A DNA stretch of 64,000 bases from Marsupella aquatica (GCA_973895155.1 OZ316892.1:13818861-13882860), one strand, 5' to 3'. Shown: positions 1-13,622, counted from the first letter of the stretch. Notes: a model not told the origin generated them from the sequence alone. Numbers and translations: made by a program.

Positions 1-291
1 ACTCCTTGTTCGACAAGCTTGCAAGAAGACTGAGTTTAGAGACATACTATTTCATCCATAAACTCGGACGAACATCCCCTGAAGATTGCCACACGCTCAA
101 TGATATGAATGTAAAGGGAGTGTGCAACCTGCCACAACAATTGTGTTATTTCTCAGGAAAAGGCTGCGAAAACTGATGAGTTAAGTGAATGATTTCAACA
201 TAAATGCTTCCTTTCCACGTATAATGCTATTGTTACAGATAAATTTGGAAATGGAGTGAAATCGATATAAAGAAATGGATGCTACAGTTAC

Positions 292-3200
292 CTGTGAGCG
301 GATGGTACTGGGGAGATCTTCAATAACATCGTCTTCCGTCAGGGCACCACTCTCGAACTGCAAGAGTACATGACTCTTCATCTGGTGTCGGATGTGGTGG
401 GGTAAATGATGTTTATTCATGAAGTTAATCAGCGAAGTCATTTTGTCTCTAAATTTTTCTGTGGCAGAACCCTTCACTATCAAAGCAGTCATGTTACCCA
501 GTAGATACGCTCCCAGAATCATGTTGAACGAGACAAATATAATTACAAAAATCATCTCTCGTACATTCACCGCGTGTATGTCACCATAACCTGCCCCATG
601 CAGTATGAAAAATTTATCAATTCTGAAAACCTACTCCCTTCAAGAAGTTTTCTTTCAAGTAAAACCATCGTTAAAATTGCTTAATTTTCATCTATCTATC
701 AAAGTTATAAATTTACACCGTGGCCGTATGATGTTGACAAAGAAAACGACAGAAATGGCTCTAAGTTACGAGCTCTACTGAAAAACTATGAAGTAGATGA
801 TGAATTCCTACAGTACACAGTTCAAAGAAACACCGTAGTCTACTACAACAACCGGTCCTTATTTTCACTTAGCTAACCTTCCTAAGTACTACGGAATAAC
901 ATTTGGACGAAATTCCTTGACTACTTTTTTCATCCTGGTTATCAACTCTTGGATTCATTACTAGCTAGAGGAGACTTGTGCACTCGCATCGAGAACAGAA
1001 CACTTCAAACCCTATATCTTTGAGCTACTCATCTCTAGCAAATCAGAGAGATTCTGCAAAACAGCTGAAACAACTGCTTTGCGGATAGAATACTATACTA
1101 GCATCGATTTCAAAAGCTAACCCAACCCCTTCTGGAATTGAATCCAAGGTACACCCGGCCATCTCTCACAAAATGAATTGCAAATGACGCCTAAATAGGG
1201 CAGCCAATGTGCCTAACTAGTAAGTAGACTATGTGTTTCTTGAGCGGTGCAGTTGAGATTGAAGAAGCATATCACATAGAACAGGATTCAGAGCTTTTCA
1301 CGAGATGACCCACAGGAGGTGGAAGCATACTCAAATTGCATGGCAAGTGTGGATAGAAGACCGAGGTCTATCAGGACTGTCCCCGGCCGAGTAACTGGAC
1401 ACAGCAGTCTTAAATCAAGGTTGCTGGATGCGATCGCTGAAAGTCCCCAAGTTTTCCAGGGAGCAAATACGTCAGACCACGTCGAAAAGAAGCAAGGCTT
1501 AAGAGCTTAAGCGTTGGAAAATAGTCCTCACCTACAGTAGCCATAGTAATAACTGCCCAGTATAAAGAAGTAATATAACGCTTCCCAAAATCAATTGCTC
1601 TGAAATCTGTGTATGTAAAGCTCCCCAAGGTAAGGCTTCCAAGCCACGTATATGTCTCCTTCCTGGATGGAACGGTCGTTGCCAAGTAATAATATATACA
1701 TGCAGCAGTGTGCGTACTATACAGCTCCACAGCCAAAAGCTTCACGATCCTGGCAGCAAAATAATTGATACGGATGTCCTTCTCTAGCCTGTCAAAGAAA
1801 GAATCCACCTTCACTATCCGATACAGACGTGTCCATACCAGATATCTGACCTCTTCTTTATGTCCAGAAGCCTGCACGTGGATTAAAGACATGAATCACT
1901 TATTGATGATTTCGCCAGGAAAAAAGCCGCCTCAACCAGTGCATTCACATGGAAAGGTTTGACGGACGACATAGAGAAACTTTGAGACAAGTTGGGTGCC
2001 ATTCCTCGAAATCTGTCTAACTCAAACGGCGAACTGATAGAATTAGACCTTTGCGAACTGCTCAAATAGCTTTCATTACAAGACAAGGGCAAACATGATT
2101 GACATAAATGAAGTATTTTATCTCACTGAGTTCCGGGCTGAGTTCCCCAGCATTGCATGATGTGCACTTCTAGTCTCATTGATGAAGGATTTTTAGGCTA
2201 GGGGTCCGGCAAACATGACATTACTTTAAATTTCGCGTATTTATAGCTGGACTTATGCTCTGTAACAGTGAATAACAGAAGTTTTGTCAGGTTTGGTTGT
2301 GAAGTTGTACCTTGTAAATTGTATCCCACGGCAAAACAGCAAGCACTTCGATGATAAGGTCTGATTTCAGATACCTGCGGAATAACGCGCGTTCTCTGTC
2401 AATTTCTGGAATACCCGAGTCCTAATGACGAACTCTGGCTGATGCATGGTGCGAATGATACAAAATCCAAGACCAAATTTTCATCGGCTAGATACTGCAG
2501 GTTGCGCGTCAATGTCTTTTCGCGAAGTTACATGGAGAAATGTAAATCGTTTGTACTGATATCGGACCGCTAATCATGGGAAACTACAGAATAGTCTTTC
2601 GGCGCTCCAAGTGGACTCCAGCAATAAAATTAATGTAAGCGGCACGTCGCTTTGATCTCTCGTTCTCTCTCTTCTACCGCCGGAATGAATCTAACTCGTC
2701 GTGGTTGGGATTCGTCAAAGAAAACTATTGACAGTAACGTCCATATTCAGACACTGACAATCATTCGCGACAAGATGGAGATGCTGGCAGAGAAGGATCG
2801 AAAATTCGCTGGTAAAATCTGTCGAATGCGCTAGAGGAACAAGAGCAGTAGAAGTTGAACTGTTCCGGATGCAGAAGAACATCGTCATCATAAAAGATCA
2901 TAATATCAACTCTCTGGGAAGAGCTGCATGTTCGATTCGCAGTCATCTATAGGAATTTCCCATCTCTCGAATTTCAAGATTGGAAAGTCTTCATTCTCAT
3001 TCCCAGTAAAACAAAGTCACTGCCATGGACGAAAATTCACTCAAAAGTTTCTGTGACATCACTGTTGCAATGTTCTCTCGTAGTCCTACGTTCCAGTACA
3101 TTTATGTACCAGTCTTTCAAGTGTCAATGTCGCCAAATAAAATCATGGCTTATAAATCATTCATTGCCTTGTGTAAAACATTTCATTTCCTGAAATGTTT

Positions 3201-4176
3201 TCCTCGAGCTTTACATTGGCGTTACTAATGGTAGGTCCGGTTCGGCGTTTGTATAGAGCCATACATCCGCAGTGGACAAGTATCTTTTCCAGCGTTGAAA
3301 TTTTGTACAATTGATAGTCCACACATTCACATAATGCAATGATATAAACTATGCATCACAATCAACAATTTTCTCCAGACCTTCCTAAGAAATTTAATTT
3401 TTGAATAAACACATTTTCATGCCAATGAAGTTCTTTGATATCCATCCAACGGGAACATTTTTGTTTACACGACTTCCACCATCATAGTTAACTTCAGTGA
3501 AATACGCAGCAAAGACCTCCGAAATAAGAGTTAGCTTACCGTAAGGCAATGCTACGGTGGTCAGTGACGAGCCGGTAGGTGCTTGGATCCTTGTACGCTG
3601 TGAAAAACTTTACGATTATGTCGGCCACAAATATAAATTGGACGGACAAGTCAATGATCCACAAAGCCCTCGGTAAGCCCCGGAAAAACCCGAACTCTAA
3701 CGGAGTAAACATGCTGGAGTATACGCACACTATGACCATGAAGTACCACCAGATTTCATAATGCCTGCATTCAGATGAAAATTGAGAGATTACTTGTGCG
3801 ATCAGTGAACCATTCAAGAATTTCTCTCTATCTCAACTCGACGATCTCGAAAACGCCAACTGTGCATTCAGATGTCGAGGTACATAGCCTAAATGTACAT
3901 CATAAGCGGAGAAATCGTTCAGAGCTTTGAATTTGAGGACAGAGATGGAAATTAAACATATCCTCACTTAGTATCTGTACGTATGAAGTATCCACCGAGA
4001 GGCGTGGAGATGTCCAGACTGCTGAGCGACCGGAACTGTTTCGCGACACTGGAGTCTTTGATCAAGTTCGAGAGCCTTTTGCCCAGCGACCCTTCGAAGG
4101 TGTCATCGGTGTTGTTGGAATGAGTCTCGTATTCGCTATCGCCGTGACCCCTTCTCAATGGGACAACTCTATCCAT
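292..4176 (-). CDS. Shaker-type voltage-gated K+ channel, SKOR/GORK (outward-rectifier) clade; 5' part only, with the CNBD/ankyrin exons expected beyond the left edge
   Basis: Exons joined by GT-AG introns (minus): 4176-3968, 3764-3540, 2374-2311, 1871-1532, 590-292. Translation gives S1-S2 (YSSMFTPLEFGFFRGLP), S3 (VLPWDTIYK), S4 (RYLVWTRLYRIVKV..EKDIRINY), S5 (VELYSTHTAACIYYYLAT), pore TMATV|GYGDIHAVNVREMIF and S6 GAYLLGNMTALIVKGS. These motifs match SKOR/GORK as I recall them. Confidence 0.93.
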
Positions 4177-5786
4177 GATCGAGCTCTTTTCTCTGCACAA
4201 CACAGCAGAATTGTGACTATCGATTGCTAAAATTGGACCAATCCCTTTCAAGGAAAATTGGACCAGTCTTCGATAATTATGATCTGATGTCGGACCTCTT
4301 CGTATATCACCAGTACATTAGACGAGATACCACATGTGATATTGAAATTCTTTCAGCCTGCACTGTCATGCGCGCGAAGCTTTCAGCGAGTTCCTTGGCC
4401 TGGCATGATGTCCCCAGAACCGCTTTGCGCGGCTCAAAACTCAAAAATGACTGGCCCGCACTCGGTCGAACGACCTCAACCACGGCTTCGCCACCCGGCA
4501 TTGCAATTACTAGGAATACCGCTCTTAATAGCTGCACCATGAAATTGAGGGAGACCATAGCTTCTTCCTAAGATCGCTTCGACCAGGACAGCAATCCATA
4601 GAGTACTAGAGTCATGGGCCGACCGACAGGACGATGAATCTGACATGGTGCTACTCAAACCACCAACATCAGGTCGATGATTGACTGCGGCCTGTCGGGA
4701 AGAAATATTCTACACCAAACCCACTGGAAGTCCTGACCAAAAGATGGCTGGCTCAGTCTGAGCGAGGCTGACCGTCTGCGAACAGGCAAGAGCTTCTTCA
4801 CACGACACTGATGGGCCTAGTTTCAAGGAGACACAGTCACCCAAGATCGATGCTTCTGCTCCTCACCTGGAGCTGCTTGCTCGATCTTCGGCAGCGAGCT
4901 CGAAGTATGCAGATGCGGAGCAGTCCCCCAGTGCAAGCGGATTGCACAGGTACAGCCAGGCTGCCTCCTAATCATCAGCTTGCACAAATCAATCAACCAA
5001 TGCCGACGGCCTCGGAGAAGCTAAATTGCGAGCTGTAGTGAGCAATGCGCTGACTGCAGCCACTAGCCAGCACTATAATCTTCCACGCTGAGAACGGTTT
5101 GTTCTCATCTGCCTGTCCCGAAATCCGGGATTCTCCTCCGAGAGAAAAAGCACGGTCGGAGGACCATGGTGCACAGCCAGCTATAGCTGTAGCAGCCCAC
5201 CCAACACACGCACTCGAGGGCCCAGGCATGCTGTGTTGCAAGTTGTGGAAGATGAAGCTCCTGCTCTCTTCACTTTCCGACCGCGGCGAACCTGTGTTGT
5301 CGAAGAAACTCTCACAAATATCTTTTCGCAAACCACTGTGCGTTCTCTTGCTCCCCAATCGGATCGACAAACGAATCAAAGCAGCTCCACTTCTCCTGCT
5401 CGCCACAATTGCTTTAATTTTGCACGATCATACATTTCATCCAAGCTACCTTAGGGGACTCTTGGCGAGGCCGATCCAGCAGTCTAGGAAGCGGCGATTG
5501 TGTGTATGCGGCCAACACCTCCCTGCACAGAAAAGCTCCTCGTCAACGCGTTTCGTCGTATACCCCATTTTCTGATTTTCTTCTCTCTTCTCTTCATCGT
5601 CATTCGACAGCACCCAGGTTCTCCATCACTTCCAGAATCCAGACCCTGATGCAATTCTTTATACTAGACTATTATCTGTGCAAAAAGGTTTCCCGTTTTC
5701 CTGCTCGGTCCCACTCCAATGATTCCTCTGGCTTTTGGCTGGAAGATTCCATATCTCCAGCAGTCGTGTCGGTCGTCCATGCATGG

Positions 5787-5810
5787 ATATATATATATAT
5801 ATATATATAT
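5787..5810. repeat. (TA)n microsatellite upstream of the K+ channel gene
   Basis: About 12 TA units read directly from the sequence. Confidence 0.9.
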
Positions 5811-5994
5811 GCAGCGTTTTTTAACTGGCGAAAATCGATATATATTCGCCACTTTTGGCCCAAAATTGTTAATGCTTTTATTTTGCATTAGCCAGTCTCA
5901 CATTTAGCCACCATCTGATGGGTATCCTTAAACTAGAGAATCTGACCATCGGGAAAAACGTCAGAAAAGTAATTCAGAATGTTAGTGGCATGTT

Positions 5995-6552
5995 GTACTT
6001 TCACACGAGATAAGCATTCCTGGTGAAAAAATGGAAGTATGTCTTTTATCTCCCGTTACCTAGTTTCACATCCAGCCAAATTAAAAGAAATATTACTAGC
6101 ATTTAGATTTTAAGGAGCTAAGGATTTCTGGTGAGAAAGGGAGATACATCTTTTTTTTTCCATTAGCCATTTTCACATCTACCAAAGACTCCATTTGGCA
6201 CAATCTTACGGTTGTCCTTAAATTTAGGGGGATCTAAACTTCAGCAATTAACTTTAGCAAAATCAATAAATAACATTACTACCATGATAATACTTTCACA
6301 CGAGATAAGCATTCCTGGTAGAAAAGGAAAATTCATCTTTTCTTTTAGCCACTTTCACATCTAGCCAAAGACTCCACTAGGCAGAATATGATTATTATCC
6401 TTAAATCTTTTCACATCTACTGTACTACTGTAGCCAAAGACTCCACTAGGCAGAATAATTATGATGACTATCCTTAAATCTAGGGGATCTAATCATCAAT
6501 AATCAATCTAAGAAAACTAGATCTTACCAGCATGTTATACTTTCACACGCGA
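5995..6552. repeat. Degenerate direct repeats (~250-300 bp spacing)
   Basis: ACTTTCACACGAGATAAGCATTCCTGG occurs at ~5997 and ~6292, with a partial copy at ~6539. The internal motif CCAAAGACTCCA recurs at ~6182, ~6365 and ~6434. Confidence 0.7.
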
Positions 6553-6895
6553 GACCGGAGATTCACCTCATAATGATACGACTGCTCAATCATTTATTAT
6601 ACAGTGGTGTAGTATTTAAATTTTTAAATAACTCTGTCCCGGACAAGGTGCAAGTGACCCTTGATCCCTGGTGGCGACCGAGACAAGGCAACACCCGGGG
6701 GGCACTGTTGTAGAGAAGAAAGACGAGTCCAGGACGGGTTCATTTGCAACAGTCAATTAGTCAATAGGCCAATGGTTTTAAACATGCTCCTAGCAGAAAA
6801 TAGTACACTGTAGTACCTTCAGGGTTCCCAAACCGTCATTGTCCCTACTCCAAGTTGTTCAAACCCGTCTAGCCAGGTCAAAATTATTGAATGAC

Positions 6896-7221
6896 ATTTG
6901 TCTTCCAGTAGTTTCGGGGTAGCAATAATAATGTGTATCCAAGTCACCATAATCTTACTACTGATTGGGGTCATTTTTACAAAACTATTTGTCTTCCAAT
7001 AGTTTTGTAGTAGCAATAATAATATGTGTATCCCAGTCACCATAATCTTACTACTGTGAACATAACCTACAATTGGGGCCAGGCTTCTAGAGTGAAGTCT
7101 CTAAACCTTAATTTTAGGGCCCCATCAAATGAATGTGGATGGAGAGGATGCATGGGATGTATTGTAATTTTAGGGCCCCATCAAATGAATGTGGATGGAG
7201 AGGATGCATGGGATGTATTGT
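6896..7221. repeat. Two small tandem duplications (~92 bp imperfect; ~56 bp near-perfect)
   Basis: TTTGTCTTCCA..TAGCAATAATAAT..AGTCACCATAATCTTACTACTG occurs twice (6896-7055). AATTTTAGGGCCCCATCAAATGAATGTGGATGGAGAGGATGCATGGGATGTATTGT occurs twice (7110-7221). Confidence 0.85.
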
Positions 7222-10019
7222 ATGTGAAGATGATGGTGGATTTTTGTCATCATCTCTATTGTCATTCAAAGAATATATGGGCATTCAGGCTCGTCAAACA
7301 ATAATGTTCTTACCAAATTGTATGCCATGTGACTATTTTGTCCATTCAGAGAGACTATACCCTGAATAGTCATTAAGTGTGACTCCCTTCTCCCCCACAG
7401 TCTACTGGAAGAAGTACCCCCAGTTTTCATTTTGGCAGCCTTCTCTTCACTTTTAAGGCCAGGCTTTTTCACACTCTCTGCATAAATCAGATGAATTTTA
7501 ATTTAATTAGTTCGTGGACCCCCATCTGTTTTGAATTGAATGGTTGCTGTGGCCATTGACTCGAGTGCTTTCTCGCCCAGGGCTCAACGAAGCGTAAAGC
7601 AGTTTGAAGAGAAGTTGCTAGGATATATAAGCGAGTGCAAGATATATAATTAATTAATTAATTAATTGAACCAGAGGGTGGGAAGTCGGTTATTCCGGGT
7701 TAAAAAAATGGTTACGAGTCTATGATTACTTCATTTTGTTACCTAGAGTAAATAAAATGGTTACTTTTAAAACAGTTTTACATCAAGTTTTACGGCATGG
7801 CATCCTTGATTTTACCAAAATCATGCCACAAACATGAATGTTGAAGCAAATTTTGTTTTGTAAACCAATATGTACCTATTTGCGGCGCATCTCAATGATG
7901 TGGCGCGCTGTGGTGCCAGGAAGTTTGGAAGGGACCTCTAGTGGGGTCCGTAATCACATGCCAGATGCATAAAGTGATTGGAACACCTGGCTAAACCTCA
8001 ATGCCCCCAAAGCAATACAATCAGATGATATGATTGAGACAAGATTGTTTCAAACTTTCAATACAAGAATTGTTGAGCAACAATGTTAGAGTCAAAATAC
8101 ATTTAAGACATTATGTTCTTCAACTGCACAATCCAGTATCAAGCAAGCTAGAGCCTATGCCCCATCTAGGCAAGCAAGCCAGAGCCCATGCCTCATCTAG
8201 AAGTAGGTCATATTGTCTGGTTCTTTCCATGGCTCCCTTGACTGAAAGTCAGAACTTGCAATAAATCTCGCTCTTTGTGGGTCTCCCATTAGAGCCCAAC
8301 ATTTCCAAATTCCATTATGGAAGTCATCAAAACAAAGCAAAGTGTACAAAGAGTATTGCACAACATTATAGAGCTAAGGTTAAGTTTCTGAAGAAATAGT
8401 CACTACATAACATAGCATGTCAAAAATACAAAACAACATTACAAGGTCAGATTACCAAAAGTAGCTGACAGTGATACATTGTCACACCATAATGTACCAA
8501 CTACATTCAAAAGAACATTATACAACCAATGTCAGATTAGTAAAACTACAGTACAATAGTATATGTCACATCAAAACACTACAGGATAATCATATATGTC
8601 ACAGCAAATCACGCGTAGAAAAAGTACTCCACAATTTTCTAGAGCCAATGCCAGATTACCTAAACTAATACAAAGTACTACATGGCAGAGCATGTAGCAT
8701 ATAATAAGAACATTGGGTAACCAAGGTCAGATTACTAACGCTCTTCCACAGTGATCAGATCCTCCATAGTCAGATGGTCTCTGCTAAATTGTAAATCCTC
8801 CTCTAGCTCAAAGTCCTCCAAGAAGAGTGGAAGTTGATTGTACTAATATGGATGTAGGCCATGGAGGCCGTCAATGTGGCCACCCAATTGGTAGTTGGGC
8901 TACTTGGGAAAAGATTGTTTGGCATTATTCTCCTGCCGAGGCCACAAGCCCACAAGACAAGCTCTACAAAGACACCTACACTCTAGAGGAGTGGTGTAAG
9001 GAGTGGGCTTAAACCGCAAATTCTACTGCAAAGGACTCCGGGTAACCCGGAGTCCTCATAAATTCACGCATCGTGTGACCCTTCATCAGGAAGCGCAGCT
9101 GCGCCTCTCCTGAGCCATCCAATTTTTACTTACTATTGTGCCTATCCTATGCCATCCAATCCGATCTATGGCTCAAAATGTAGATCTCAATCTACGTTTC
9201 ACAAAAAAATGAGACAAAAAGATTTAATATTTCATGAGAAAATGTGTAAAATTAAATGCTGCAATATGATTGATCAAATTCAAATTTTGAATTTTGGGGG
9301 GAAGAGGAGATCTGAGCCATCTGTCCTTATCATCTCCATAAATCTCATCCATCCACTTTAGTGGGCAATCTATGGCTCAAATGATATCTGAATGAGATCT
9401 ATGGATGAGAGTTTTCCGTTTTGAGAATGGTTGAATAGTTTTCAATTAAAAAATAAAATAAATCCAAGCTTTCCTGGCCGTTGATTTGGTCTACGCTGAA
9501 ATTCATGTCATTCATTGTTTTTTCCTAATAAAAATCTTGTCTGTCCACCTTAAAAGGCAATCTACGGGCCTGGTGTTTTCTGTTTAAGAAATGAGTTTAG
9601 AATATAAATAAATAAATTTTGCTCTTTTCTCCTCCTCCTCCTCCTACCCGATACTTTGTTTCAGTAAAGTTTGATGGCCCTTTTTTCTTTTTCTTTTTTT
9701 TTCTTTTTTGATGCACGAAGAATTTTTTATCCATCTGTTTAGCAACATCACGGCACAGCGCGAGCTACAATATGGTGGACGGGTACCAAAGGGGTAGTAG
9801 GCGGAAAATAGGGCAGGAATCACAGCATTGGCCGTAAATTTTCCAAGATTTTTCACCCTTGGTCAAAACAGCCAAGAAGTTTGCTCTTGGATTATGAAGC
9901 CAATTGGGCGCAAAACCGCTTTGTAACTAGTTAACTTTTGCTAACTTATATATATACGGTGGTTCGTGACTCTAGTTACCCATAACTTTTGGTGGGACTG
10001 CACCCTAAGTCTTCTAACC

Positions 10020-10430
10020 ATCAATCAACAATGTGCTCTTCCTGCTCCTTCATCATCATTCCACGGCGCTTCTTGTAAAGTTTGATGGCCCTACGACCCA
10101 CAAGTCCTTAAATGCCAGGAGTTGTGGTTTAAAGAGGGTACTCTTCCTAATCCAAATCCCATCTCCAAAAATGATGGATACATGCTGCAATCTCACAATG
10201 ACATGCTCTCCTTCACTATTAGGGAGGGTAAGTGTCCAGTGCAAAGATCACTAGTAGGAAGTACCAAACTATTGGACTCACAACATGTGAGATGTGGCGA
10301 GAAAGCCTGCAAGAAAACCTTAGTTTCGGTTGATTGTACCCAAGATAGTGGGCTCCAATGGGGTCTAGAGTGAAAACTTAAGTCCATGCCTATCCTGGAA
10401 TTCCTCCAGACATGAAAGGGCAAAGAGAAT
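10020..10430 (-). mobile_element. Possible highly decayed LINE ORF1 (gag-like) fragment
   Basis: Minus-strand frames give WTLTLPNSEGEHVIVRLQH followed by a broken CGS*GH, reminiscent of the region before the zinc knuckle in plant LINE ORF1. Stops and frameshifts are present; the resemblance is by eye only. Confidence 0.25.
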
Positions 10431-12360
10431 AGGGTAGTCGCAGAAATTGACTACACTACCACTTAGCTCTGGCATCGCTGACTCTGACGCCGAGCTCCTT
10501 CTATGGTCCAGGTCTCTGGAACGGCCATCTGGTGGGGACGAAGTATGGGGATACTAGTGAGAAATGAAGTGTTGCAGTAGCAAAGACAATGGACTAAACT
10601 GGTGACGCACACTAATGACTTAGACTAGCATTGGGAGTTGGTCGGACCATGGGTAGGGCCAAATTCAAGGGGAATTGTTTGGACTCCCGAATGGACTTTG
10701 AGTTCTGAGGGCTTGAGTGAGAGTTCATCTTGGGCCCAAGGCCAAAGAAGTTTAATTCATGCGCAATAAATGTTTGGCGCATGAAATACAGCATACAGCA
10801 GGTGTAGCCATTCGGGACCCTTGACTAACGATAGGCTTTGAGGGCCAAGGCATGAGCACCAGGTCGGCCCAATCACAACGGGCTAACTAAGGCACCTCAC
10901 TTACGGACGTCTAACTAAAAAATTATGGGCATAGCAAGTTAGTTGCGTGTCCATGCGATTGGGTTGGAATCCAGGTTGAATTGAGGGCCAAACATAGGGG
11001 ACCAAAGTTTGTCTTGGGGTGGCAGGTCTCCAAAAATATATATGAGGTTAGTGGTGTGTCCCTAGGGGCCAAGGGCAAGCCCAAGTCGTGAACCACGACA
11101 ATCGCAATACTAAAGGGAAATGGCAAACAGACACTATAATAGTTTCTCAACAAGAAATCTGTTGGAGGACTTATTGGATGCATTGGAAAGCTCTCGACGA
11201 GGACTATAACCTCTTTAGTTCATCTGGGTCTGGGGGTGTCGCCCCTTTGGTTCTCAAGGAATGCAGGGGCTATCTCTGGGGCTATCTCCTTTGCTTGCCA
11301 AATTTTGCCAAAACAACATCCCAGTCGCGTTCAGTTTTCCATAGGAGCTTGCGTTGGAAAGGCAATGCAGAGTAGGCATGGGTGTTGAGGTCCAAGTGCC
11401 TTTGACCCCTAGACTCTCAACTGAGTTGGAGCCTTGGAGATGGTTGCTAGAGTGTGGGCCAAACTAGTCACCGCATTTGGGACAAGCTAGCTATTTGGGC
11501 CATGAGCATGTCTTGGAAACAGGGTGGTCAGCTAGTGACGGATAGAAAGTGGGGAAACCCAAGCACCACCAGGTAGAGAGGCTATTTCGGACAAAGAACG
11601 GGTGTAGGTCTTAGCTTCAACTTATGGCAAGGCCACGAGGGCCCGGGTGGTTCTATTCGCAGACCTAATTATCAATTTTTGTTGAGCTTGAGTCAAGACA
11701 ATGATCTTGGGGATCCTATATCGTGATGGATTACTTATCGATGAGTTTGGTTGTTTGTGCAGACAATGATGATTGTTGAGCAAAGGTTGTGTTAGGGAGC
11801 AAGTGCGGCTTTGTATGTGAGTTGCCGCGGATGGTAAATAGAGGCATCAAGTTGCTTGCCCCAAGGAGTTTTGTGTAGGCGTTCGGGTACTTAGGCAAGA
11901 GTACTAGGATTGGTGAGGGCGCTGGGTGACAAGGTCCACCACTGGGTGTAAAGGGGCTTGTGGGTGGAACCATGCCTCTTGACTAGGGTGGCACGAGGCC
12001 CGTCGTTTTGTATTTGCATTTATTGAATTTTATTTTAAATATGTTTGGTCTTATTTGCATTTACATAAATTCTATTTTGTGTAAAATCTGAGGTGTGGAG
12101 TCTAGGCTTAGTATGGCTTTACAATATGTTGGTGGGGGTTCCACATTTTTCTTGTTGCAAGATGTGATCAAGGCTCTTACAAAATATGGAGTCTCAAAAC
12201 TGACAATTTGATGGACACATCATCCATAATGTCAAAGCCCTGAGACACCCTGACCTGATATTGAGACCATTTTTTCACATAACTTGCAGGGCCGGTCCTA
12301 CATGGAATGGAGTGGGGTGAGGGGGGGGCCATTGTGTATGTGTAGCACATTTTTGTCTAG

Positions 12361-12553
12361 ACCACCTCTCTTGGAGGTCTCTTCGTGTGTGGCAGGTTGG
12401 TCCATTTCTCTTGGAGGTCTCTTCTCTTCATGTGGCAGCTGTCCATTCCTATATTATTTTGGGTCTTTTTCATATAAAGTGAAACAGAGTCACAATTCCT
12501 ATATTATTTTGGGTCTTTTTCATTATAAAAATGTAAAGTGGAACAGAGTCACA
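12361..12553. repeat. Short tandem duplications
   Basis: TCTCTTGGAGGTCTCTTC occurs twice, and ATTCCTATATTATTTTGGGTCTTTTTCAT..AACAGAGTCACAA occurs twice. Confidence 0.8.
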
Positions 12554-13622
12554 AGTGTCACAGTGTGCCCCAAGATATTGTAAAGCCACCCTTAGCGGAA
12601 TTACGGCCATGCAACAAGGCGGTACGTGTGATGCCTCTCCAGCACTTTGGGCCCATTCATGAAGATCCGTCGATCGACGAGACCGATGACGGAATCGACA
12701 TGAAATGGAATGAGCGGAGGAGAACAGAGATGACGGGAGGTAAATGATCGACCGAATCGCAGCTTTCAACAACCCAACATTATCATTGTTCTCCCTGACG
12801 CCACGCCGCACTCATCTGTGCGACGAAAGGCGCTTTCGCAGCAGCAAGATTCAATTTCTCTACACCACAATCCATTCGGTTTCTCCTCGTCGAACCGAAA
12901 TCATCTCGTACATCAGCTGTTGTAATTGGCCCTGTCCTGTCTTCCAGGGGCTGTGCGCCACTGTGGTGATTTTTTTCAGCAGGAGGTATGGAATTGTGAT
13001 GCATCCGGTCCCGGCATCTTGCTATCCATTTGGGACGACGATTGGAATTTTGAACGGTGAACTCTTTCAGGCATCGAACCGGTTGTGAGCAGAATCGCCT
13101 TCCAATCTAGAGGCGCAGGAATGCTATGACTGATTCATTTGCGGGATAGTTAAGGTGGGTATATGAAAGGCACAGGGCGTACTGAGCTATTGAGCAGGAA
13201 ATTTAATGCGTCTCATCAAAGCTACTCCAGTCTCTTCGTCGCGTGAATCGCTCTGTTCGTTAGTTGGTGATACTGAAGCGTCTCGTCTCTTTCAATATGC
13301 AGTAAAAACTTTTTAAGCTTGTGATTGCGTCAATTTAATCTCTCGATAGGATGTGATGGTTGTCAATCTCCTCTGGTTGTGCGTCATTGCCTTCTGTTTT
13401 GTTCTTTCGATAAATTGAATCTTGATCAGAATATGATGAACTTTCTGTGATTCTTGGTTCTGGTTTTGGTCACAGGAATTATTTTCTATCTATGCAGCAG
13501 TTTTTGCCATCGGCGAGGAATGTCCAAGATCGTCCCCTTAATTTGAAAGAGGATTTGCAACCTCTTTACACTGATTGATTAGATCGGAAGCCGGATTCGG
13601 AGAGAGCAGGATTCGGTTGAAA

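Noticed and set aside
5099-5575. 158-aa plus-strand ORF
   Set aside because: It has a TTG start, is antisense to the probable K+ channel leader, and shows no family resemblance.
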